A stretch of 64,000 bases of DNA from Longimicrobiales bacterium (GTDB lineage Bacteria; Gemmatimonadota; Gemmatimonadetes; Longimicrobiales; Gaopeijiaceae), in the NCBI GenBank assembly GCA_965202805.1, contig OZ241869.1, positions 2,080,001 through 2,144,000 on the forward strand, in the 5' to 3' direction. Below the pieces are notes generated by a model. It did no database searches and was not told where the DNA came from. It saw only the letters and a list, made by a program, of their open reading frames with translations. The position numbers were made by a program, and so were the translations under genes. Shown here one piece after another: positions 50,959 through 58,924 of this stretch; the stretch's first letter is position 1, and every line of letters begins with the position of its first letter.

Positions 50959-52334
50959 CATCAGTCGGCAGCCTCGTCGAAACGGGGCTCGCCGGGGCAG
51001 CCAGGGCGGCTTCCGGCCGGGGGGTTACCGTGCCGCCCCTGCGCGGCAAGCTGCTCCGGCCGCGCACCGCTGTCGCGTTCGTGCCGCCGGAACGGCGCGA
51101 GCGTCTCCCCGACCGCTTCTGGCTCGGCTGCCTGGCGGTGCAGATGGCGCACGAGGCGTCGCTCCACCACGACGACGTCCTCGACGGCGGCCTCAAGCGC
51201 CGCAACTCCTGTTCCCTGATGGGCGACCGGGGCGCGGGCGCCGCCCTCCTCACGGGGGACCTCTATCTGACCGGAAGCTACCGGGTCGCGCTCATGACCC
51301 GGTCGGAGGAGTTTGTGGCCGCGTTCACCGAGGCCGTGGAAGCCACCGTGCAGGGCGAGCGGATGCAGGGGGAGGTGTCGGCGCGCGGGTGCCCGCCGGA
51401 CGGGTACCTGGAAGTGGTGCGGGCCAAGAGCGGTGCGCTCTTCGGGGCGGCGGCGGGGCTGGCGAACTGGGTGGTCGGGAACGCGGCCATCCGACCGGCT
51501 CGCGACCTCCGCGAGCTCGGGATCGAACTGGGAGCGTTCTACCAGTTGGTCGACGACTTCCTGGACTACTGCCCCGCCGACGACACCGGGAAGCCCAAGC
51601 TGCAGGACTTCAGGAACCGGGTCTGGACTTCCGTCCTGGGCGACCGCGGACCGCGGTGGTTCGACCGCACCCCGGAAGAGGCGGTGCGCGAGTTCTTCCT
51701 GCCGGGGAGAAACGGCGCGGAGCATGTCACCCCCGTGCCCTCCATGGCGCGCCGGGCCGCGGAGGACCTGCGTGCGCGGGGGTCGGATCTGGCGGCCAGG
51801 CTCCGGGCGGCCCAGGCCGATCCGGCCCTCATCGACCTCATCAACAAATGGATCCGGCGCTGCGAGAGCAGGCGGTGCGGGAGGGCATCGGACAGGTCGA
51901 CGCCGGACTCGTCGGGGCCAACGGATCCCGACCCCCCGCCCCCGCCGCGGACCCGCGCGCGACGGGCGCGTCCATCCCGCCGTCCTCCTTCACGGCCGTC
52001 GCCTCCATCGCGGCCCGCGCCCAGGCGCTGGGGCCCCGGCCGGCGTGGGGACGCTATTTTGCCCGGCACAGCCGCAGCTTCTCCTTCGCCTCCCGGCTCT
52101 TCCCGCCGGAGGAACGCAGGAGAGTGCGCGAGATCTACGCGTGGTGCCGGTTCACGGACGACCTGGTCGACGAGGCTTCCGCACCGGGGGCCGAGCTGCA
52201 TCGGACACTGGACGCCTGGGCAGCGATATGCGGGGCGGCGTACGGCGGGGACGCGACGAGGATCCCGCTCGCCGACGCGGTCATGGGGGAGATGGCAAGC
52301 CGGCGCATCCCCTTCGCTCTCGCCTCCGAACTGA
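50937..52334 (+). CDS. crtE: Polyprenyl (GGPP) synthase domain; plausible protein ends near 51865, then reads out of frame (probable 5' half of a frameshifted crtE-crtB fusion)
   Basis: GKLLRP, HEASLHHDDVLD..RR, KSGALF, YQLVDDFLD, GKPKLQD; low-complexity R/P tail after WIRRCE. Confidence 0.75.
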   Translation: MVGGARLASVGSLVETGLAGAARAASGRGVTVPPLRGKLLRPRTAVAFVPPERRERLPDRFWLGCLAVQMAHEASLHHDDVLDGGLKRRNSCSLMGDRGAGAALLTGDLYLTGSYRVALMTRSEEFVAAFTEAVEATVQGERMQGEVSARGCPPDGYLEVVRAKSGALFGAAAGLANWVVGNAAIRPARDLRELGIELGAFYQLVDDFLDYCPADDTGKPKLQDFRNRVWTSVLGDRGPRWFDRTPEEAVREFFLPGRNGAEHVTPVPSMARRAAEDLRARGSDLAARLRAAQADPALIDLINKWIRRCESRRCGRASDRSTPDSSGPTDPDPPPPPRTRARRARPSRRPPSRPSPPSRPAPRRWGPGRRGDAILPGTAAASPSPPGSSRRRNAGECARSTRGAGSRTTWSTRLPHRGPSCIGHWTPGQRYAGRRTAGTRRGSRSPTRSWGRWQAGASPSLSPPN

Positions 52335-52936
52335 TCGAGGGCGTGCGCATGGACGTCGAGCCGCGCGTCTACCGGACCATGGACGACCTGCGTCGCTACA
52401 CCCACCGGGTCGCGTCCGTGGTGGGCGCCTGGCTGACGTATTCGTTCGGGGTGCGGGACGGCTGGGTCATCGAGCGCGCACACGTCCTCGGGCACGCGAT
52501 GCAGCTCACCAACATCATCCGCGATGTCGGAGAGGACCTCCGCCGCGGGCGGCTCTACCTCCCCGCCGACCGCATGGCGGCCCACGGCGTGAGCCGGGAG
52601 TCGCTCCTCGATGCACGGGCGCGGGCGCGGAACGGAGGAGGCGTGGGAGTCGCCTACCCCGGGTTGCTCGAGGAACTCATGGGCATCGCCGACGCCGCCT
52701 ACGCGGACGCATACGAAGCCATGCCCCACCTTCCGGCTTCCTTCCAGCGCGCGGTGGCCGTGGCCGCGCAGGTCTACCAGGGCATCCACGACCAGGTGCG
52801 CGCCAACGGCTACGACAATCTGAACCGGCGCGCCCATACCTCCCTGCCGGCCAAGGTCATGCTCGCTCGCCGGGGCTACGGGCGGCTGCGGGCCCGAAGG
52901 CGGCGGCGCGTCGAACGGCGCCCCGCTACGCCGTGA
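51848..52936 (+). CDS. crtB: Phytoene synthase domain (probable 3' half of a frameshifted fusion)
   Basis: HSRSFSFAS, YAWCRFTDDLVD, YTHRVASVVG, MQLTNIIRDVGED..GRLYLP; no clear RBS at ATG 51848. Confidence 0.82.
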   Translation: MDPALREQAVREGIGQVDAGLVGANGSRPPAPAADPRATGASIPPSSFTAVASIAARAQALGPRPAWGRYFARHSRSFSFASRLFPPEERRRVREIYAWCRFTDDLVDEASAPGAELHRTLDAWAAICGAAYGGDATRIPLADAVMGEMASRRIPFALASELIEGVRMDVEPRVYRTMDDLRRYTHRVASVVGAWLTYSFGVRDGWVIERAHVLGHAMQLTNIIRDVGEDLRRGRLYLPADRMAAHGVSRESLLDARARARNGGGVGVAYPGLLEELMGIADAAYADAYEAMPHLPASFQRAVAVAAQVYQGIHDQVRANGYDNLNRRAHTSLPAKVMLARRGYGRLRARRRRRVERRPATP

Positions 52937-54534
52937 TGGCGCACTCGATGGCTCCCGGGTCCGTCGGGCGCACCAATGGCCGGGCGCCACAGCCGTCGTC
53001 GGGCGACTCCGGCCGGGACAGGCCGCTCCGCGCCGTCGTAATCGGAAGTGGCTTCGGAGGTCTGGCCACGGCCATCCGCCTCCAGGCCGCCGGCGTGTCC
53101 ACCACCCTGGTCGAACAGCGCGCGCAACTCGGAGGGCGGGCGGGCCAGCTGCGCCGGGACGGATACGTGTTCGACACCGGCCCCAGCCTGATCACGGCGC
53201 CTGCGATTCTCGAGGACGTGTTCGCGGCGGCCGGGCGGCGCCTGCGCGACTACGTCTCCCTGGTGCCGCTCGATCCCTTCTACCGGGTCTGGTTTCACGA
53301 CGGCACCTGGCTCGACTACACCTCTGACATCGAGCGCATGAAGGCGTCGATGGCGCTGTACTACCCGCGCGATGCCGCGCGCCTCGAGGCCTTCTACGCC
53401 GATCTCCGGCCCATTCATGACGCCGTGATCACCGAGGGACTGGGCGCTCGCCCCTTCGACACGCTCACCGCCATGGTCCGGTTCGCGCCCCGGGTGGCCC
53501 GCCTGAACGCCTGGAGGCCGGTCGCCCGCTCCGTGGCACGCCACTTCCACAACTGGCGACACCGTTTCCTGTACTCGTTTCATCCGCTGTTTCTCGGAGG
53601 CAACCCGTTCCGCGCGCCCTCCATCTTCCTCATGATCCCGTACCTGGAGAAGGAAGGCGGCGTGTGGTACGCCCGCGGGGGGATGTACAGCCTGGTCACC
53701 GCCCTGGAGACCGTCTTCCGCGAGATCGGCGGCGTCGTGCACACGCAAACGCCTGCGGTGCGCGTGGAGGTGCGGGGGCGGCAGGTGACGGGCGTCAGCG
53801 TTGCGGGAGCCGGTGCTCGCGCGGAATCCCGGCCCTTCCTTCCCGCCGACATCGTCGTGAGCAACGCCGATGTCGGACACACCTACGGGCGGCTGCTCGG
53901 CCATGTGCCCCGCCGCCGCTGGACCGACCAGCGTCTCGCGCGCGTTCATCAGTCGATGAGCTGCTTCCTCCTCTATCTGGGCGTGCGCCGGCGCTATCCC
54001 CAGCTCACCCACCACACGATCATCGTGGGACCCCGATACCGGGGTCTCGTGCGCGACATCTTCGACAGGAAGACGCTGGCCGGAGACTTCAGCATGTACG
54101 TGCACACGCCCTCCCGGACCGACCCCTCCATGGCGCCCCCGGGATGCGAGAGCATGTATGTCCTGGTGCCGGTTCCCAACGCGGCCTCCGGTATCGACTG
54201 GACGGTGGAGGCGCCGCGCATGACGCTCCGCGTTCTCGACGCCCTGGAAGCCTGGGGGCTCGAGGGGCTGAGCGGCGCCCTGGAGGTGCGGGAAGTCTTC
54301 ACCCCCGACGACTTCGCGAGCCAGTTCGGCGCGACCCTCGGCAACGCCTTCGGGATCGAGCCGAGGCTGACCCAGACGGCGTGGTTCCGGCCGCACAACC
54401 GGAGCGAAGAGGTCAGCGGGCTCTATCTCGCGGGAGCGGGAACCCACCCCGGTGCGGGTGTGCCGGGCGTGGTGCTCTCGGCTGCGGCCACATGCCACGC
54501 CATCGCGCAGGACTTCGGGTTCGGAGAGGCTTGA
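52936..54534 (+). CDS. crtI: Phytoene desaturase
   Basis: VIGSGFGGL, GGRA, FDTGPSLIT, GAGTHPGAGVPGV; TGATG coupling to crtB. Confidence 0.92.
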   Translation: MAHSMAPGSVGRTNGRAPQPSSGDSGRDRPLRAVVIGSGFGGLATAIRLQAAGVSTTLVEQRAQLGGRAGQLRRDGYVFDTGPSLITAPAILEDVFAAAGRRLRDYVSLVPLDPFYRVWFHDGTWLDYTSDIERMKASMALYYPRDAARLEAFYADLRPIHDAVITEGLGARPFDTLTAMVRFAPRVARLNAWRPVARSVARHFHNWRHRFLYSFHPLFLGGNPFRAPSIFLMIPYLEKEGGVWYARGGMYSLVTALETVFREIGGVVHTQTPAVRVEVRGRQVTGVSVAGAGARAESRPFLPADIVVSNADVGHTYGRLLGHVPRRRWTDQRLARVHQSMSCFLLYLGVRRRYPQLTHHTIIVGPRYRGLVRDIFDRKTLAGDFSMYVHTPSRTDPSMAPPGCESMYVLVPVPNAASGIDWTVEAPRMTLRVLDALEAWGLEGLSGALEVREVFTPDDFASQFGATLGNAFGIEPRLTQTAWFRPHNRSEEVSGLYLAGAGTHPGAGVPGVVLSAAATCHAIAQDFGFGEA

Positions 54535-54543
54535 GCCGCGTCC

Positions 54544-55665
54544 TCAGGACGGAGGCTTGCCCGAGGAGGCGGAGACAAGAAAGCGCTCCACCGCGATGCT
54601 GGTCGCGTCCCAGGAGAGCGATTCGGCGTAGGTGCGGGCTCGCGCTCCGAGCTGCCCGCGAAGTTCCGCGTCCGTGACCAGTCTTCGGATGGCCCCTGCG
54701 AGGGCTTCGACGTCGCCGTGGGGCACGAGCAACCCGGTCTCTCCGTCCAGCACCGCCTCGCGCAGCCCGGGCGCGTCACTCGCGACCGAGGGCGTGCCGC
54801 AGGCGCCGGCCTCGACGACGGTGATCCCCCAGCCCTCCTTGGGAGACGTGAGCCCGTGCACCCACGACGTGCGCATCAGGTCGATCTTCGTCCGGTCATC
54901 CACGAATCCGAGAAAGATGACCCGATCCTCCACGCCCGACTCGCGCACCAGTCGCTCCAGCGCGGGACGGGCGTCGCCCGCTCCGGCCACCTTGAAGTCG
55001 ACGCGCAGCCCCTGCCGCGCGAGCCTCGCCACCGCGCGCACCAGCAGGTCGACGCCCTTGTAGCGCTTGAGGCGGCCCAGATACAGCAGGGAGGGCGTGG
55101 GCGTCCTGCGGCCCTCCGGGTGCGGAGTGTAGTGCGCGGTGTCGACTCCGACCGGAATGACCTCCATGGGAGCCCGCAGTCCGCGCCTGGTCAGGTCGTC
55201 GCGGGTGCTCCGCGAGACCGCGATGGTGGGCCGGCGGCGATACGCCAGCGGGAGCGGCCGCTCCATGAGCCAGGTCGCCGCCGCGAGCGGGAAGGAGGCT
55301 TCGCGGAAGGCGGTGAGCCCGAAGAGGTGGTGCACGAGGGGAACGACCGGAGCCGACGTCCACCACGGCGAGAAGAGGGGCACCTTGTTGAGGTTGTCCA
55401 CCACCACGTCCCAGCGCTCGTGCCGCAGGTTGCGCAGGTAGTACCAGGGCGCGGCAATCGAGAAGGTGTAGCGTCCGCCGGTCCTGTGAACCTCGATGCC
55501 GTCCAGCCGCGCGCGGGGCGCGCACCCCGCGAAGCCCGAGGCCAGAAGCGTAACCTCGTAGCCGAGTCCGGCCAGACGGCCGAAGACCTGGTGGACGTGC
55601 TCCTCGGCACCGCCGGCCTGCGGGTTTTCACGGTCCTGCCAGTTCAGGACGAGGATGCGCCGCAC
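54544..55665 (-). CDS. GT4 family glycosyltransferase
   Basis: GGAE, LGRLKRYKG, EGWGITVVEA (Ex7E). Confidence 0.9.
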   Translation of the reverse strand: MRRILVLNWQDRENPQAGGAEEHVHQVFGRLAGLGYEVTLLASGFAGCAPRARLDGIEVHRTGGRYTFSIAAPWYYLRNLRHERWDVVVDNLNKVPLFSPWWTSAPVVPLVHHLFGLTAFREASFPLAAATWLMERPLPLAYRRRPTIAVSRSTRDDLTRRGLRAPMEVIPVGVDTAHYTPHPEGRRTPTPSLLYLGRLKRYKGVDLLVRAVARLARQGLRVDFKVAGAGDARPALERLVRESGVEDRVIFLGFVDDRTKIDLMRTSWVHGLTSPKEGWGITVVEAGACGTPSVASDAPGLREAVLDGETGLLVPHGDVEALAGAIRRLVTDAELRGQLGARARTYAESLSWDATSIAVERFLVSASSGKPPS

Positions 55666-55712
55666 GGGCTCACGCCGGCCGCGCGTGGGCGATCAAGGGG
55701 GCCACGTGATGG

Positions 55713-56597
55713 CTAGCCGCGCCGTCCGAGCCGCGCGGCGACGCGGGGATCTTCCTTCCAGTCGGCGGCCGTGGTCTCCAGCTGCACGGTCACGTGCCGG
55801 ATGTCGAACTCCTCGTTGGCGATGGTCCGGATGCGACCGAGCAGGGCGTCCATCTCCCCCTGCCGCTCCGGGTCGACCAGGACATGGGCGGCGAGGGCGT
55901 CATTCCCCGGGGTCTGCGTCCAGACGTGCACATCGTGCATCAGGGTCACCCCGGGCAGGTCCTCGATCCGGCGGCAGAGCCGGTCGACGTCGATGTGTTC
56001 CGGAGTGCCCTCGCGCAGGACGTGGACGACGTGGGCCAGCAGGCGCCAGGTGTTCACGAGCGCCAGGATGGCGATCAGGGCCGCGCACGCGAGATCCGCG
56101 GCCTGCCATCCGAACATCTGGATGGTCACGCCCGCCAAAACCGCGGCCACTGGACCCATGACGCTCGGGAGGGCGCGCGCCCGTGCGTGCGCGACGCCTC
56201 CTTGCTTCTGCGCGGGCTGTTTCAGCACGAACATGACGGTGAAATGCACCGCCAACCCGATCGCCGCGACACCCAGCAAGAGACCGCCGTCGACGTCGGA
56301 ACCCTCGCCGAACCGGCCCCACGCCTCGAGCAGAATCCACGCCGCGACCGCCCACAGCAGGAGCGCGTTGGCCAGCGAGGCGATGACCTCGGCGCGCTGG
56401 TAGCCGAAGGTGCGCCGCGCCGCGCCGGCGGGCGCGTCCGATCCGGTGGCCAGCAGCGCCGGTCCCAGAGCCACGCCCAGGGTCAGGCCGTATCCGGCGT
56501 CGGCCAGGAGCGCCAGGCTTCCGGACACGATCCCGCCGGCCACCCTGGCGATGGTCACGGCGACGACGAGGGCGAGCGAAATGCGCAGGCTGGTCAT
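55713..56597 (-). CDS. Cation diffusion facilitator (CzcD-like) with degenerate transport site
   Basis: SGSLALLADA, TFGYQRAE, REGTP, HDVHVW, HVTVQLE; TM2/TM5 HxxxD motifs absent. Confidence 0.8.
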   Translation of the reverse strand: MTSLRISLALVVAVTIARVAGGIVSGSLALLADAGYGLTLGVALGPALLATGSDAPAGAARRTFGYQRAEVIASLANALLLWAVAAWILLEAWGRFGEGSDVDGGLLLGVAAIGLAVHFTVMFVLKQPAQKQGGVAHARARALPSVMGPVAAVLAGVTIQMFGWQAADLACAALIAILALVNTWRLLAHVVHVLREGTPEHIDVDRLCRRIEDLPGVTLMHDVHVWTQTPGNDALAAHVLVDPERQGEMDALLGRIRTIANEEFDIRHVTVQLETTAADWKEDPRVAARLGRRG

Positions 56598-56652
56598 GGT
56601 TTCGGTCCGGTGCGTGAAGGAAAACGGGTTGGCCGGCCGCGCCGGCAGGCCC

Positions 56653-58710
56653 TCAGCTGGCTCTCGGGGTCGCCCGGTACTTGTCGAACCAGGCCACGAT
56701 GTTGGCGATCTTGGCCATGAGCTGGCTGGGTCGCCGGCTCATGTCGTGGGAGGCCCCGGGCAGCCGGATCACCGCCGTGTCGATCTCGCGCATCTTCAGT
56801 GCGTGGAAGAGCTGGTACGACTCCGACAGCGGCGTGCGCAGGTCCTCTTCGCCGGTAATGATCAGCGTCGGGGTGTCGATTTCGCCGGCCAGGGACAGCG
56901 GAGAGAATTCCCAGTAGGGGTCGGGGTTCTCCCAGGGCAGACCGTCATAGCGGCTGAAGTAGTAGCCGTACCAGTTGTCCGCGGTGAGCGTCTTGCTGAT
57001 CCAGTTCACGACCGGCTTCTGAGATACGGCGGCGCGAAACCGATCCGTCTTGCCGACGATCCACGCGGTCATGATGCCGCCCGCGCTGCCCCCGGTGACG
57101 AAGAGGTTGTTCTCGTCGATGTATCCCCGTTCGATGACCGCGTCGACGCCCGAGATGATGTCGTCGTAGTCCTGGCCCGGATAGTTGTGGTAGAGCAGGT
57201 CCCCGAACTCCTCGCCGTAGCTGGTGCTCCCCCTCGGATTGGGATAGAGGACGACATAGCCCGCGGCGGCCAGCAGCTGCATCTCGGCGGAAAAGCGGTC
57301 CCCGTAGTTGGAGACCGGCCCGCCGTGGATCTCCACGATCAGCGGATGCCGGCGTGAGGGGTCGAAGTCCGGCGGCTTGACGATCCAGCCCTGGATGGGG
57401 CGGCCGTCGAAGGATGACTCCCACCAGATCTCCTCCACCTCCCCCAGCGTCCGGTTGGCGAGCAGATCCTCATTGAGCGCGGTGATGCGCCGGGGAGCGC
57501 CGTCGCCGCCGCTGCGCACCGCCAGCTCGCCCGGCATGTCCGGGCGGGTCTGGTTGAGCGCGATGCTGCCGTCGCCCGCGACCGAGAAGGAGCCGCCCCC
57601 GTAGGGCCGGCCGTAGGATGTGCCGCCCAGGTCCTCCGCCAGCACCTCGACCTGACCGTCCAGCGTGGCAAACGCGACCTTGGAGTTGCCCTCGTCGTCG
57701 TACTGGAAGTAGAGGCCGCTGCCGTCCGACGCCCACACCGGGTTGGCGACGCTGCGGTCCAGGTCGGCGGTGACGACGCGCCGCCCGCCGCCGTCGAGGT
57801 TCATGACCTGCAGCCGGCTCACCTGGTAGGTGCGCGTCCGGTCCTCGTAGCCGACAAAGGCCACCTGCCGCCCGTCCGGGGATACCGCGGGGCTCTGGTC
57901 GGGGCCGGGACGGTCGGTCAGCGCGCGGATCTCCCCGCCCGCCACGGGCGCGATGTACAGTTCGGAGTTCCGGTAGTCGAGCACCCAGCCCGGGTTGCGG
58001 TTGGACGAGAACACGAGGCTCCGGCTGTCGGGCGTCCAGGCGGGCGCGGCGGAGTGCTGGAAGTCGCCCGTGGTCACCTGGACGGCCGTTCCACCCTCCG
58101 CCGGAACGACGAAGATGTGGTTGTAGCCGAAGTCCAGGTAGCCGACCCCGTCCTGCCGGTTCTTGAAGCGGTCCTCCATGATGGGCGGGGCCGCCCAGTC
58201 GGCCCCCTCGGGCGGGCGCGGCGGCGCCACCAGGCTCGGCGCCGGGTAGGGCACCAGCATGTTGAAGGCGATCCGGCGGCCGTCGGGCGACCAGCGGATG
58301 CCGCGCGGGGATTCCGTCAACTGGGTCAGGGTGGCGGTCGCGCCCGTGTCCATCCAGCGCAGGTGGATCTGCCCGCCCGCCGTATAGGCGAGCCTGGTGC
58401 CGTCCGGGGACCAGCGCGGCGACCCGCCCTCGCCGAGGCGTCTGTGCTCGGACCCGTCCACGTTCACGATCCACAGCTCGGCACGGCGCCGGTCGCGCAT
58501 GACGTCCATCGAGTTGCGCACGTAGACGACCTGGCGGCCGTCCGGGGAGATCTGCGGGTCGGCCGCGAACTCGAGCGCAAAGACGTCCATCGGCTCGAAG
58601 CGGTTCTGGGCTTCCGCATGGCGCGGAAAGGCCAGGGTGGTCAGAAGGGCGGCGGCGAGGGCGGCTCCCGTCGCCAGCGGCGCGTTCGCGAAACGGCTCT
58701 TCTCAGACAT
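56653..58710 (-). CDS. S9C acylaminoacyl-peptidase-like serine peptidase
   Basis: WSPDG repeats; IHGGP, NPRGSTSYG, GGSAGG, EEDLR, GASH. Confidence 0.92.
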   Translation of the reverse strand: MSEKSRFANAPLATGAALAAALLTTLAFPRHAEAQNRFEPMDVFALEFAADPQISPDGRQVVYVRNSMDVMRDRRRAELWIVNVDGSEHRRLGEGGSPRWSPDGTRLAYTAGGQIHLRWMDTGATATLTQLTESPRGIRWSPDGRRIAFNMLVPYPAPSLVAPPRPPEGADWAAPPIMEDRFKNRQDGVGYLDFGYNHIFVVPAEGGTAVQVTTGDFQHSAAPAWTPDSRSLVFSSNRNPGWVLDYRNSELYIAPVAGGEIRALTDRPGPDQSPAVSPDGRQVAFVGYEDRTRTYQVSRLQVMNLDGGGRRVVTADLDRSVANPVWASDGSGLYFQYDDEGNSKVAFATLDGQVEVLAEDLGGTSYGRPYGGGSFSVAGDGSIALNQTRPDMPGELAVRSGGDGAPRRITALNEDLLANRTLGEVEEIWWESSFDGRPIQGWIVKPPDFDPSRRHPLIVEIHGGPVSNYGDRFSAEMQLLAAAGYVVLYPNPRGSTSYGEEFGDLLYHNYPGQDYDDIISGVDAVIERGYIDENNLFVTGGSAGGIMTAWIVGKTDRFRAAVSQKPVVNWISKTLTADNWYGYYFSRYDGLPWENPDPYWEFSPLSLAGEIDTPTLIITGEEDLRTPLSESYQLFHALKMREIDTAVIRLPGASHDMSRRPSQLMAKIANIVAWFDKYRATPRAS

Positions 58711-58924
58711 CGGCTTGCTCGCGGATTCGGATAGGTGAAGAAGTCCTGCGCAAAATCCACCGGACCGGCGCGGACGGCAACCGGTCTCCTTCGTTTTCGC
58801 GCCCGGTGTGCCGCCTCCAGCAGGCTCCCCTTTCCGTCCCGGGGACCCGCCGGCCGGTTCGTCACACGGGCAGGCGGCGCTTATCCTGCATCGAATGTCG
58901 CCCCATCCCAGTGGAGATCGACCG

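Noticed and set aside
51313..54534. 1073-aa ORF as a giant CrtI fusion
   Set aside because: The region before 52936 is an off-frame shadow of crtE/crtB; CrtI starts at the TGATG junction
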